Shown here: piece after piece, positions 9,290 to 16,669 of the stretch
Numbering within the stretch: the first letter of the stretch is position 1
Layout of the letters: the number at the start of each line of letters is the position of its first letter
Assembly: GCF_003324675.1 (NCBI RefSeq)
Contig: NZ_CP030918.1
Span: 2,010,001 to 2,042,000 of the forward strand
Direction of reading: 5' to 3'
Origin: Paracoccus suum
GTDB taxonomy: Bacteria > Pseudomonadota > Alphaproteobacteria > Rhodobacterales > Rhodobacteraceae
DNA: 32,000 nucleotides
Notes under the pieces: model-generated
Told to the model about the DNA's origin: nothing
Database searches by the model: none
Seen by the model: only the letters and a program-made list of their open reading frames with translations
Made by a program: the position numbers and the translations under genes

Positions 9290-11740
9290 ATGCTGACGTT
9301 GTTTCGCTGGCTTGTGCGGCTGAGTGTGGTGCTGATTGCCGGGGCGGTGCTGGTGGTCGGGTTGGTGTGGTATTTCTCGATCCGCTCGCTGCCCGATTAC
9401 AACGCCGACTACACCGTTGCCGGCCTCGCCGCCCCGGTCGAGATCGTGCGCTCGACCGAGAATGTGCCGCATATCTTTGGCAGCAACGATGCCGATCTGT
9501 TCCTGGCGTTGGGGCTGGCCCATGCCCAGGATCGCCTGTTCCAGATGACGGTGTTGCGCCGTGCCGCCGACGGGCGTCTGTCCGAGCTTTATGGCGCGCG
9601 CGCCTATGCCGCCGACGATCTGGCGCGCCGCCTCGGCCTCGCCCGGCGGGCCAAGGAATCGCTGGCCGCGCAGGACGACTACACCCGCGCCGCCCTCACC
9701 GCCTATGCCGAGGGGGTCAACCAGTGGATCCAGATCGTGAACCGCGAGGCGCGCGGTCGAGGCGCGCCCGAGTTCTTTCTGTATCCCGAGGACATCGCCT
9801 ACTGGCAAGCGGCAGATTCGCTGGCGATCCTGAAGCTGCTCGCCTCCGGCAGCACTGCCGCGCTGCGCAACGAGGTGCTGCGCGCACGGCTGTCGCTGGC
9901 CCTGCCGAGGCGCGGGCCGCAAGTGGTATCGCAGGCGGGCGAGGCGGACTTGCCCGACTACGCCAGCCTTTTTCCCGGCGGACGGTTGGCCGCGCCCGGC
10001 ACCGCCCCGGCACCTGAAGATGATTGGTTTAACTGGCGCGCGGGCTTTGTCGCGCCTGCGGCCGAGCGGCCCGCTTCGGGCGCGGTGTTCGCCGCCGACG
10101 CGGCACGCACGGCGGCCGGTGGGGCACTGCTGGCGGATGCGATCGACACCGGCCTGACCGCGCCCTCGCTGTTTTATCTCGCCCGGCTTGAGCTGGCCTC
10201 GGGTGGGGTGATCGGGGCGACCATACCGGGGGTGCCGGTCGTCCTGTCGGGCCGCAGCGCGACCTTGGCCTGGGGCATCGCGCCCGCGCAGATCGACGAC
10301 CAGGACGTGCTGGTCGAAGAGGTCCAGCCCGGCGATTCCGAACGCTATCGCGACCTCGACGGCTGGCGCGCCTTCGACACCCGGCGCGAGGTGATCCGCG
10401 TGCGCGGCGACGACGACCAGGTCCTGACCTTGCGCGAGAGCGTGAACGGCCCGATCATTCCGGCCGGCCATCTTGGACTGGCGGGCGTGCTGCCGGCCGG
10501 TCATGTTGCGGCGCTGTCCTGGACCGGGCTCAGCACGACCGACACCACGATGAGCGCGCTGATGGGCCTGATGCGCGCACCCGACCGGGCCGCGGCGGGC
10601 AAAGCCTTGCAGGGCATCGTTGCCCCCGCGGTCGAGGTCTCGCTTGCCGACGCCGGCGGCGTAACCCGTCAGCTTGCCGGCGCCCGCCCAGTGCGCAGCG
10701 AGTCGCACGCGACGCATGGACGCATGCCAGCACCCGGATGGATCGCGGCCAACCGCTGGCAGGGCGTCCTGCCGCCCGAGGCGCCGCAGGACGTGGCGGG
10801 CCAGATCGTCGCCGCGACGGGCGAGACCGGCGCCGCGCCTGGGCCGGACGCGCCCCGCGCCGCGCGCCTGCAGGCGCTGCTGTCCAGCCGCGAGGTCCAT
10901 TCGCGCGACAGCTTCATTGACGCGCAACTTGACATCATCAGCCCGGTGGCGCGTGCGCTGCTGCCGCTGGTCGGCGCGGAGCTGTGGTTCGCCGACGAAC
11001 CCGCCCCTTCCGGCACGCCAGAGCGGCTGCGCCAGGACGCCCTCGGGCTGCTGGCCGAATGGGACGGCAGCATGTCCGAGCATCTGCCCGAGCCGCTGAT
11101 CTATGCCGCCTGGATGGCCGAGTTGCAGCGCCGCCTGATCCGCGACGAGCTTGGCCCGGTCGCCGACGAAGTCACCCAACTGCACCCCGGCTTCATCGAC
11201 CGCGTCTTCCGCAATACCGGCGGCGCCGGCGCATGGTGCGACGTGATACAAAGCGCGCCGGTCGAGACCTGCGCCATGATCGCCCGCCAGGCGCTTGATG
11301 CGGCCCTGCAAGACCTGTCGACGCGCTTTGGCCCGGCCGTGGCGAGTTGGCGCTGGGGCGCGGTCCACGAGGCGCGCCATGTTCACCCCGCCCTCGGCCG
11401 CGCGCCGGGCCTCGGCTTTATCGTCAATCTCCGCCAGCCGGTCTCCGGCGGGGATGCGACCATGGCCGCCTCGCCGCCCCTCGGTCGGGGCCCGCAAAGG
11501 TGGAGCGCGGTGACCGGCGCCGGTTACCGCGGCGTCTATGACATGGCCGATCCCGACAGCTCGGTGTTCGTGACCTCGACTGGACAGTCAGGTCATCCGC
11601 TGTCCCGCCATTACGACGATCTCAGCGCGCTCTGGCGCAGGGGCGAGTATATCACCATGTCGCTCGACCCCGACCTTGCCCGCGCGGCCGCCGAGGGGGT
11701 AACGCACCTGCGCCCGCAGGACGGCGCTGCCGGGAACTAA
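9290..11740 (+). CDS. penicillin acylase (peptidase S45, Ntn-hydrolase) family protein with N-terminal membrane anchor
   Basis: 816 aa from ATG 9290. The hydrophobic N-terminus is MLTLFRWLVRLSVVLIAGAVLVVGLVWYF. Family blocks are present: VEIVRSTENVPHIF, LGLAHAQDRLFQM, IGATIPGVPVV, LAWG, STGQSGHPLSRHYDD. Start trimmed from the track's 9218. Confidence 0.85.
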   Translation: MLTLFRWLVRLSVVLIAGAVLVVGLVWYFSIRSLPDYNADYTVAGLAAPVEIVRSTENVPHIFGSNDADLFLALGLAHAQDRLFQMTVLRRAADGRLSELYGARAYAADDLARRLGLARRAKESLAAQDDYTRAALTAYAEGVNQWIQIVNREARGRGAPEFFLYPEDIAYWQAADSLAILKLLASGSTAALRNEVLRARLSLALPRRGPQVVSQAGEADLPDYASLFPGGRLAAPGTAPAPEDDWFNWRAGFVAPAAERPASGAVFAADAARTAAGGALLADAIDTGLTAPSLFYLARLELASGGVIGATIPGVPVVLSGRSATLAWGIAPAQIDDQDVLVEEVQPGDSERYRDLDGWRAFDTRREVIRVRGDDDQVLTLRESVNGPIIPAGHLGLAGVLPAGHVAALSWTGLSTTDTTMSALMGLMRAPDRAAAGKALQGIVAPAVEVSLADAGGVTRQLAGARPVRSESHATHGRMPAPGWIAANRWQGVLPPEAPQDVAGQIVAATGETGAAPGPDAPRAARLQALLSSREVHSRDSFIDAQLDIISPVARALLPLVGAELWFADEPAPSGTPERLRQDALGLLAEWDGSMSEHLPEPLIYAAWMAELQRRLIRDELGPVADEVTQLHPGFIDRVFRNTGGAGAWCDVIQSAPVETCAMIARQALDAALQDLSTRFGPAVASWRWGAVHEARHVHPALGRAPGLGFIVNLRQPVSGGDATMAASPPLGRGPQRWSAVTGAGYRGVYDMADPDSSVFVTSTGQSGHPLSRHYDDLSALWRRGEYITMSLDPDLARAAAEGVTHLRPQDGAAGN

Positions 11741-11938
11741 GCCGAGGCGGGCGCCGGTCAGGGTCGTGAGCGGTGGGTGTTCTCTGGCAGCACGGTGGTG
11801 ACGTGAGCGGAAGATAGTCGCCAGACCGACAGGGTTTCGAGGACTGACTTCGCATGGCGGCACGCTGGCGATGCGGTCGAAGAAAGAGCAGTCGGTCGCC
11901 CGAGGAACTGACCGGCGGGCGGCCATTGCCCAAGCCCA

Positions 11939-13009
11939 CTAGACCTCCACCGAAACCCGCCCGATCGGGTTCGAACAGCAAGCGAGGATATAACCCTCCG
12001 CGATCTCGTCGTCCGTGATGCCGCCGTTGTGGACCATGTGCACCTCGCCCGCGGTCTTGCGGATGCGGCACGTGCCGCAGAGGCCGAATGTGCAGCCGGA
12101 CGGGATGTTCAGCCCGGCGCGCTTGGCGACGGCGAGGATCGTGTCGGTCTCCTGACAGCGGGCAGTGACGGCCGACAGGGCAAACTCGATCTCCGCCCCC
12201 GCGGTCTCGTCGGGCACCACGTCGTCCAGCACCGGCGCCTGCGCCTCGGTCTCGACCGGGGCACCGAAGCTCTCCTGATGGTAATGCGCCATGTCGTAGC
12301 CGAGGGCCACGAGCATGTCGCGGACGGCCTGCATGAACGGCTCGGGCCCGCAGCAGAAGACCTCGCGTTCCAAGTAGTCCTGCGCCATCAGGCCGAGCAT
12401 GATCTGCGTCAGCCGACCGCGATAGCCCATCCACGAGCGGAAGGGGTCAAGCTCCTCCACCGTGAAGTGCAGCTGCAGGCCGGGGGTGCGGTTCGCCATA
12501 TGCTCCAGCCGCTCGCGGAAGATGATCTCGGACGGGCGCCGCGCGGCGTGGACGAAGACGATGTCCGGCTGCTCGCCGCTGTCCCACATCCAGGTCGTCA
12601 TCGACATCATCGGGGTGATGCCGCTGCCGGCCGAGATGAACAGGTATTTCGGCGCCTGATGGCGGTGGAAGCTGAAGATGCCGGCCGGCCCCAGCGCCTT
12701 GATCCGCATGCCGGGCTTGAGGTTGTCCAGCATCCAGCGGGTGCCGATGCTGTCGCTTTGCGCCTTGGCGGTGATCGAGATCGACAGCGGCCGCGACGGG
12801 CTGGACGAGATCGTATAGGTCCGGTGCACCGGGCCGCCGGGGACCGGCAGCTCCAGCGTCAGGAACTGGCCGGGCTGGTAGTCGAACCAAGACCCCGACG
12901 GCGCGCGGAAAGTAAAGGTCGCCGTGCCGTCGCATTCCGGAACCGCCATGGCGAATTCCAGATGCTCTGCATCCGCCCAGGGCGCCGAGCCGTACTTCTG
13001 CTGCGGCAT
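11939..13009 (-). CDS. oxygenase reductase component: FNR-like flavin/NAD-binding domains plus C-terminal plant-type 2Fe-2S ferredoxin (GbcB-like)
   Basis: Starts MPQQKYGSAPW... and carries the flavin motif RTYTISS, the NAD motif ISAGSGITP and the C-terminal Cys cluster SGCTFGLCGTCRIR...ILACC. Start trimmed from the track's 13477 to ATG 13009, which overlaps the Rieske gene stop (TAATG). Confidence 0.86.
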   Translation of the reverse strand: MPQQKYGSAPWADAEHLEFAMAVPECDGTATFTFRAPSGSWFDYQPGQFLTLELPVPGGPVHRTYTISSSPSRPLSISITAKAQSDSIGTRWMLDNLKPGMRIKALGPAGIFSFHRHQAPKYLFISAGSGITPMMSMTTWMWDSGEQPDIVFVHAARRPSEIIFRERLEHMANRTPGLQLHFTVEELDPFRSWMGYRGRLTQIMLGLMAQDYLEREVFCCGPEPFMQAVRDMLVALGYDMAHYHQESFGAPVETEAQAPVLDDVVPDETAGAEIEFALSAVTARCQETDTILAVAKRAGLNIPSGCTFGLCGTCRIRKTAGEVHMVHNGGITDDEIAEGYILACCSNPIGRVSVEV

Positions 13010-14247
13010 TACTCGGCCGCCATGGCCGGGGGCGCCGGGCGGCGGCTCTGCATCAGGCCGCAATACCAGTCCACGAAATGGATCACGCCGGCTTCTTGCG
13101 TGGGTGAGTAGGGGCCGGGCTCGTAGGCGGGGCTGTTGATGCCGAACTGGTTTTCCTCGACCACGCGGCGATCCTCGTCGTTGGTAGCCATCCAGACCTC
13201 GGTCAGCGCCTTCAGGTCGTAATCGACGCCCTCGACCGCATCCTTGTGGACCAGCCACTTGGTCGTCACCTCGGTCTCGGTCGGGCTGATCGGCATCACG
13301 CGGAAGACGATGGCATGATCCGGCAGGAAGTGGTTCCACGAGCTGGGGAAATGATAGAACATCAGGCTCCCCGCGTCGTTCCACGGGATGGTGCCCATGC
13401 GGCGGGAGACGGCGGCCTTGCCTGACATGGTGAAGCTTTCCTGATTGTCCATCAGCGGCACGCGCGCCATGCGCCACTGCATGTCAGGCTGGTTGATAAA
13501 GCGTGAGGGGATGCCGGCCGCATCGCAGCGCGCCCAGTGGGACAGGATCTCGGGGCTGGCGGCGTTCGGCCCCTCCATCACCGTCATCAGCGGATCGTCC
13601 GAATAGGTCCGGCACAGCTCCGGGTGCGAGCCACTGCAATGATAGCACTCGCGGTTGTTCTCCAGCACCAGCTTCCAGTTGCCCTTCTCGACGATGGTCG
13701 AGGAATGGGCGACCTTCGCGTCGGCGAGGCCACTGGGCGCCAGGTAGGACATCAGGTTGCGGGCCAGGTCAGCGACGGGCGGGGGCACCTGCGCGAGACA
13801 GACGAACACCATACCGCCCAGATCGACGCAATGCACCGGCTTGAGGCTGTATTGCGAGGGGTCGAAATCCGGTCCCATGTCGCGGGCGAACACCAACTTT
13901 CCGTCCAGATCGTAGGTCCACTGGTGATAGGGGCAGACCAGCTTGGCCGCGCGCCCCGCCGCGCTGGGGCACAGCCGCTGGCCGCGGTGGCGGCAGACGT
14001 TGTGAAAGGCGCGGATGCGCTGGTCGGTGCCGCGTACGATCACCACCGGATAGGCGCCGACATTCAGCGTGGCAAAGGCGCCTGGCTTGTCCAGTTCGCA
14101 GGCCGGGACGGCGAAGAGCCATTCGCGGTAGAAGATCTGCTCCAGATCCTCCTGGAAAACCCCGGGGTCGGTATAGAGGGCATGGTCGAGCGCGTGCGCC
14201 GGTTTGCGTTCGCCGATAAGCGCGAGGGTCTGATCGAGGTCAAGCAT
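13009..14247 (-). CDS. Rieske 2Fe-2S aromatic-ring-hydroxylating oxygenase alpha subunit, GbcA/Stc2-like (N-methyl quaternary amine demethylase family)
   Basis: 412 aa with the canonical Rieske motif CRHRG-(x17 between H and C)-CPYHQW. The mononuclear iron region is NNRECYHCSGSHPEL. Strong overall resemblance to glycine-betaine monooxygenase-type proteins (..TTKWLVHKDAVEGVDYD..). The substrate cannot be assigned from sequence alone. Confidence 0.85.
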   Translation of the reverse strand: MLDLDQTLALIGERKPAHALDHALYTDPGVFQEDLEQIFYREWLFAVPACELDKPGAFATLNVGAYPVVIVRGTDQRIRAFHNVCRHRGQRLCPSAAGRAAKLVCPYHQWTYDLDGKLVFARDMGPDFDPSQYSLKPVHCVDLGGMVFVCLAQVPPPVADLARNLMSYLAPSGLADAKVAHSSTIVEKGNWKLVLENNRECYHCSGSHPELCRTYSDDPLMTVMEGPNAASPEILSHWARCDAAGIPSRFINQPDMQWRMARVPLMDNQESFTMSGKAAVSRRMGTIPWNDAGSLMFYHFPSSWNHFLPDHAIVFRVMPISPTETEVTTKWLVHKDAVEGVDYDLKALTEVWMATNDEDRRVVEENQFGINSPAYEPGPYSPTQEAGVIHFVDWYCGLMQSRRPAPPAMAAE

Positions 14248-14445
14248 GATGCACCTGCGGTGAACGGCACGAATCCCCGTGCCCTGCTGGCCAAACTAGG
14301 CGCGCCAATTTGCCGACAGGTGCAATTTCCGACCTGCCGCGACGTATTTGAGACATGACCATCGGAGGCAGTGAATCCGGCCGTCGCGCGGGGTCGAAAG
14401 AGCGCAAATGTGATCGGCTGGTAACCTTTCGCGAGGACAGGGATT

Positions 14446-14488
14446 CGCCCTTCCCTCCGAACCGTGCCGGCGGAGGAGGTGCGTTTTT
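14446..14488 (+). terminator. candidate Rho-independent terminator on the plus strand (3' end of a putative unannotated sRNA)
   Basis: CGCCCTTCCCTCCG-aaccgtgccgg-CGGAGGAGGTGCG followed directly by TTTTT (14484-14488). Hand-folded to about 12 bp with one bulge, one mismatch and one G-U pair. No plus-strand gene lies upstream. Confidence 0.45.
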
Positions 14489-14863
14489 CCTGAGGGCTGG
14501 CGGCCTGCTTTAAAGGACGAAACAAGGACAACGCCGGAGTGAGCCATGTCAGACCGGTCACTTCGATCGGTCCCTCAATATTTGGCGCGGCCAGGGGGTC
14601 CGCAGGTCAGCCACGCAGGACGGCGACCATGAGCCGCGATACCCGAGGCAATTCTCGGCGCCTCATGGGGTCGCGGCGAAGGTGCTCGACACAGCACGGC
14701 GAACCTGTTTCCGGGCCGAGGACCAGACCGCTCAGCGGCTATGGATCTTCTGCGAGCAGGGCTGCCCCGCCCGGCGGCTCCTGCACGGCATCTTTCGCTA
14801 GCCCGGACCCTGCGTGGACACAAAGGGCAGCCAGCGTCAGCCGTCCTTGTGCTCGCTGGCCGG

Positions 14864-14906
14864 AAAAATCATCGCGGCTCATCGTACCCGCAAGCACCGC
14901 GTCGAT
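14864..14906 (-). terminator. weak candidate intrinsic terminator downstream of efp
   Basis: The minus strand reads ATCGACGCGG, a 19-nt loop, then CCGCGATGAT followed by TTTT, starting about 10 nt after the efp stop. Only 5 consecutive GC pairs and a large loop, so this is weak. Confidence 0.3.
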
Positions 14907-14916
14907 CAGTTCCCGG

Positions 14917-15483
14917 TCAGTCCCGGGCGCGCTCGACGTAGCTGTTATCCTCGGTATTGATGACCACCCGTGTGCCAACGCCGATATGCGGCGGGACCAT
15001 CACCCGCAGCCCGTTGCTGACCAGCGCCGGCTTGTAGGAGGACGAGGCCGTCTGGCCCTTCATCACCGGCTCGGTCTCGGTAATTTCGACGGTGATGCGC
15101 TGCGGCAGTTCCAGCGCGATCGGCACGCCGTTGAAAACCTGCAGCGACACGCGCATGCCTTCCTGAAGATAGGCCTTTTGATCGCCCACCATGTCGGTCG
15201 GGGCGACTAGCTGCTCGTAGGTCTCGGGCTCCATGAAATGGAAGCCCTCGCCATCCTCGTAGAGGAAGTCATAGCCGCGCTCGTCCACATGTGCGCGCTC
15301 GACCTGCTCGGTGGTGCGCCAACGTTCGGATACCTTCACCCCGTCGGCGATGCGGCGCATGTCGACCTGGGTCACCGGGGTTCCTTTGCCCGGATGGATG
15401 TTCTGCGCCGTCAGCACGACATACAGCTTGCCGTCCAGATCGACGACGTTGCCCTTGCGCAGGGTGGAGGCGATGACTTTCAC
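14917..15483 (-). CDS. efp: elongation factor P
   Basis: [45 protein letters not shown]... A GTG start at 15483 gives the canonical 188 aa, with an AAGGA SD 8 nt upstream. The track's ATG at 15510 would add 9 atypical residues. Confidence 0.93.
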   Translation of the reverse strand: MKVIASTLRKGNVVDLDGKLYVVLTAQNIHPGKGTPVTQVDMRRIADGVKVSERWRTTEQVERAHVDERGYDFLYEDGEGFHFMEPETYEQLVAPTDMVGDQKAYLQEGMRVSLQVFNGVPIALELPQRITVEITETEPVMKGQTASSSYKPALVSNGLRVMVPPHIGVGTRVVINTEDNSYVERARD

Positions 15484-15609
15484 GGGCGGCGTCCTTGTGG
15501 TCGGGGCCATCGCGCGCTAAGCGCGCGGCGCTGTGCGAATTGCTGCCGGGCTTAGCGCACCGCCAAGCAAATCGCCAGTAGGATGGGGCGAGAGGCCAAG
15601 AGGGCGCGC

Positions 15610-16653
15610 ATGACGCAGGATCACTGGTGGCGGCCCGACCGCCATGCCGACCGTCGACCGGCGCTGATGGCACGTGGCCGCATCCAGGCCGCGATCCGCG
15701 CTTGGCTGGACGCCGAGGATTTTGTCGAGGTTGACCCGGCCGCGCTCGCCGTCAGTCCGGGCAACGAGGCGCATCTGCACGCCTTCGCGACCGACGCGCT
15801 GTCGGACGACGGAACCCCGCGGACGATGTATCTGCACACCTCGCCCGAATTCGCGATGAAAAAGCTGCTCGCGGGGGGTGAGACGCGGATCGCGGCCTTT
15901 GCCCATGTCTGGCGCAACCGCGAACGGGGCGTCCTGCACGCGCCCGAGTTCACGATGCTGGAATGGTATCGCGTCGGGGCGGACTACACCGCGCTGATGG
16001 ACGACTGCGCGGCGCTGCTGCGGATGGCCGCGATGGCGGCGGGCAGCGATGTGCTGCGCTACCGCGATGCGGTCTGCGACCCCTTTGTGCCGCCGCAGCG
16101 GCTCTCGGTGGCCGAGGCCTTTGCTGAACACGCCGGCATCGACCTGCTGGCCAGTTGCGGTGCCGGCGGAACCACCGACCGCGACGCCCTCGCGGCCGAG
16201 ATGCGCGCGGCAGGCCTGCGCTATGCCGAGGATGACACCTGGTCCGACATGGTCAGCCGTGTCCTGGTCGAGCGGGTCGAGCCGCGTCTGGGCCACGGCC
16301 GGGCAACGATCCTCGACCGCTATCCGGCGGCCGAGGCTGCCCTCGCACGCCCCGCCGCCGATGATCCACGCGTCGCTGAGCGGTTCGAGCTTTATGCCTG
16401 CGGGGTCGAGCTGGCGAACGGGTTTGGCGAGTTGACCGACCCCGCCGAACAGCGCCGCCGGTTCGAGGCCGAGATGGCCGAAAAGCAACGCGTCTACGGC
16501 CACCGCTACCCGCTGGACGAGGATTTTTTGGCTGCCCTCGCGCTGATGCCGCCGGCTTCGGGGATTGCCCTGGGGTTCGACCGGCTGGTGATGCTCGCCA
16601 CCGCAGCGCCGAGCATCGATGCCGTCATGTGGACGCCGGTCGCCCGGGCGTAG
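15610..16653 (+). CDS. epmA: EF-P (R)-beta-lysine ligase (class II lysyl-tRNA synthetase paralogue, GenX/PoxA)
   Basis: MTQDHWWRPDRHADRRPALMARGRIQAAIRAWLDAEDFVEVD... with class II aaRS-like blocks YLHTSPEFAMKKLL, FAHVWRNRERGVLHAPEFTMLEWYR and GIALGFDRLVM. An AGAGGG SD lies 5 nt before ATG 15610. Divergent from efp. Confidence 0.88.
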   Translation: MTQDHWWRPDRHADRRPALMARGRIQAAIRAWLDAEDFVEVDPAALAVSPGNEAHLHAFATDALSDDGTPRTMYLHTSPEFAMKKLLAGGETRIAAFAHVWRNRERGVLHAPEFTMLEWYRVGADYTALMDDCAALLRMAAMAAGSDVLRYRDAVCDPFVPPQRLSVAEAFAEHAGIDLLASCGAGGTTDRDALAAEMRAAGLRYAEDDTWSDMVSRVLVERVEPRLGHGRATILDRYPAAEAALARPAADDPRVAERFELYACGVELANGFGELTDPAEQRRRFEAEMAEKQRVYGHRYPLDEDFLAALALMPPASGIALGFDRLVMLATAAPSIDAVMWTPVARA

Positions 16654-16669
16654 CGGGCCGGTCCGCCCC

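Noticed and set aside
11824-11897. tRNA-sized (74 nt) element bounded by a 7-bp inverted repeat, GACCGAC...GTCGGTC, in the convergent spacer between the acylase and reductase genes.
   Set aside because: The internal sequence lacks U8, the G18G19 D-loop and a GTTCRANNC T-loop with a 5-bp stem. It has no cloverleaf on either strand. It is more likely a generic bidirectional hairpin between convergent genes.
14300-14340. Possible sigma54 promoter (GG-N10-GC) or symmetric operator around GGAAATTGCACCTGTCGGCAAATTGG, upstream of the Rieske gene on the minus strand.
   Set aside because: The GG to GC spacing is off by one relative to TGGCAC-N5-TTGC, and the -24 element is poor. The inverted repeat is only TTGC-N8-GCAA. 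No EBP-type activator gene is nearby.
14357-14515. Small ORFs in the efp to Rieske gap: 52 aa on the plus strand (14357..14515), 48 aa on the minus strand (14739..14882, MSRDDFSGQRAQGRLTLAALC...), and the track ORFs of 83, 82 and 79 aa.
   Set aside because: Hand-counted GC3 is about 60-63%, far from coding-like for this genome. None has an adequate SD. The 52-aa ORF is interrupted functionally by the terminator hairpin. The apparent LAALC lipobox has a too-short hydrophobic core and a non-canonical -1 residue.
14248-14916. Known RNA classes in the gap: cobalamin, glycine, guanidine, ZTP and fluoride riboswitches, SRP RNA, RNase P RNA, tmRNA, 6S RNA and CcsR/cuckoo-type sRNAs.
   Set aside because: Only fragmentary resemblances were found by eye: CAGTGAATCCGG versus the B12 core, GGCCCGGAAACAGG versus the SRP GGAA motif, and one CCUCCUCC tract that sits in a stem rather than a loop. 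None of the defining conserved cores is present. This needs cmscan to be definitive.
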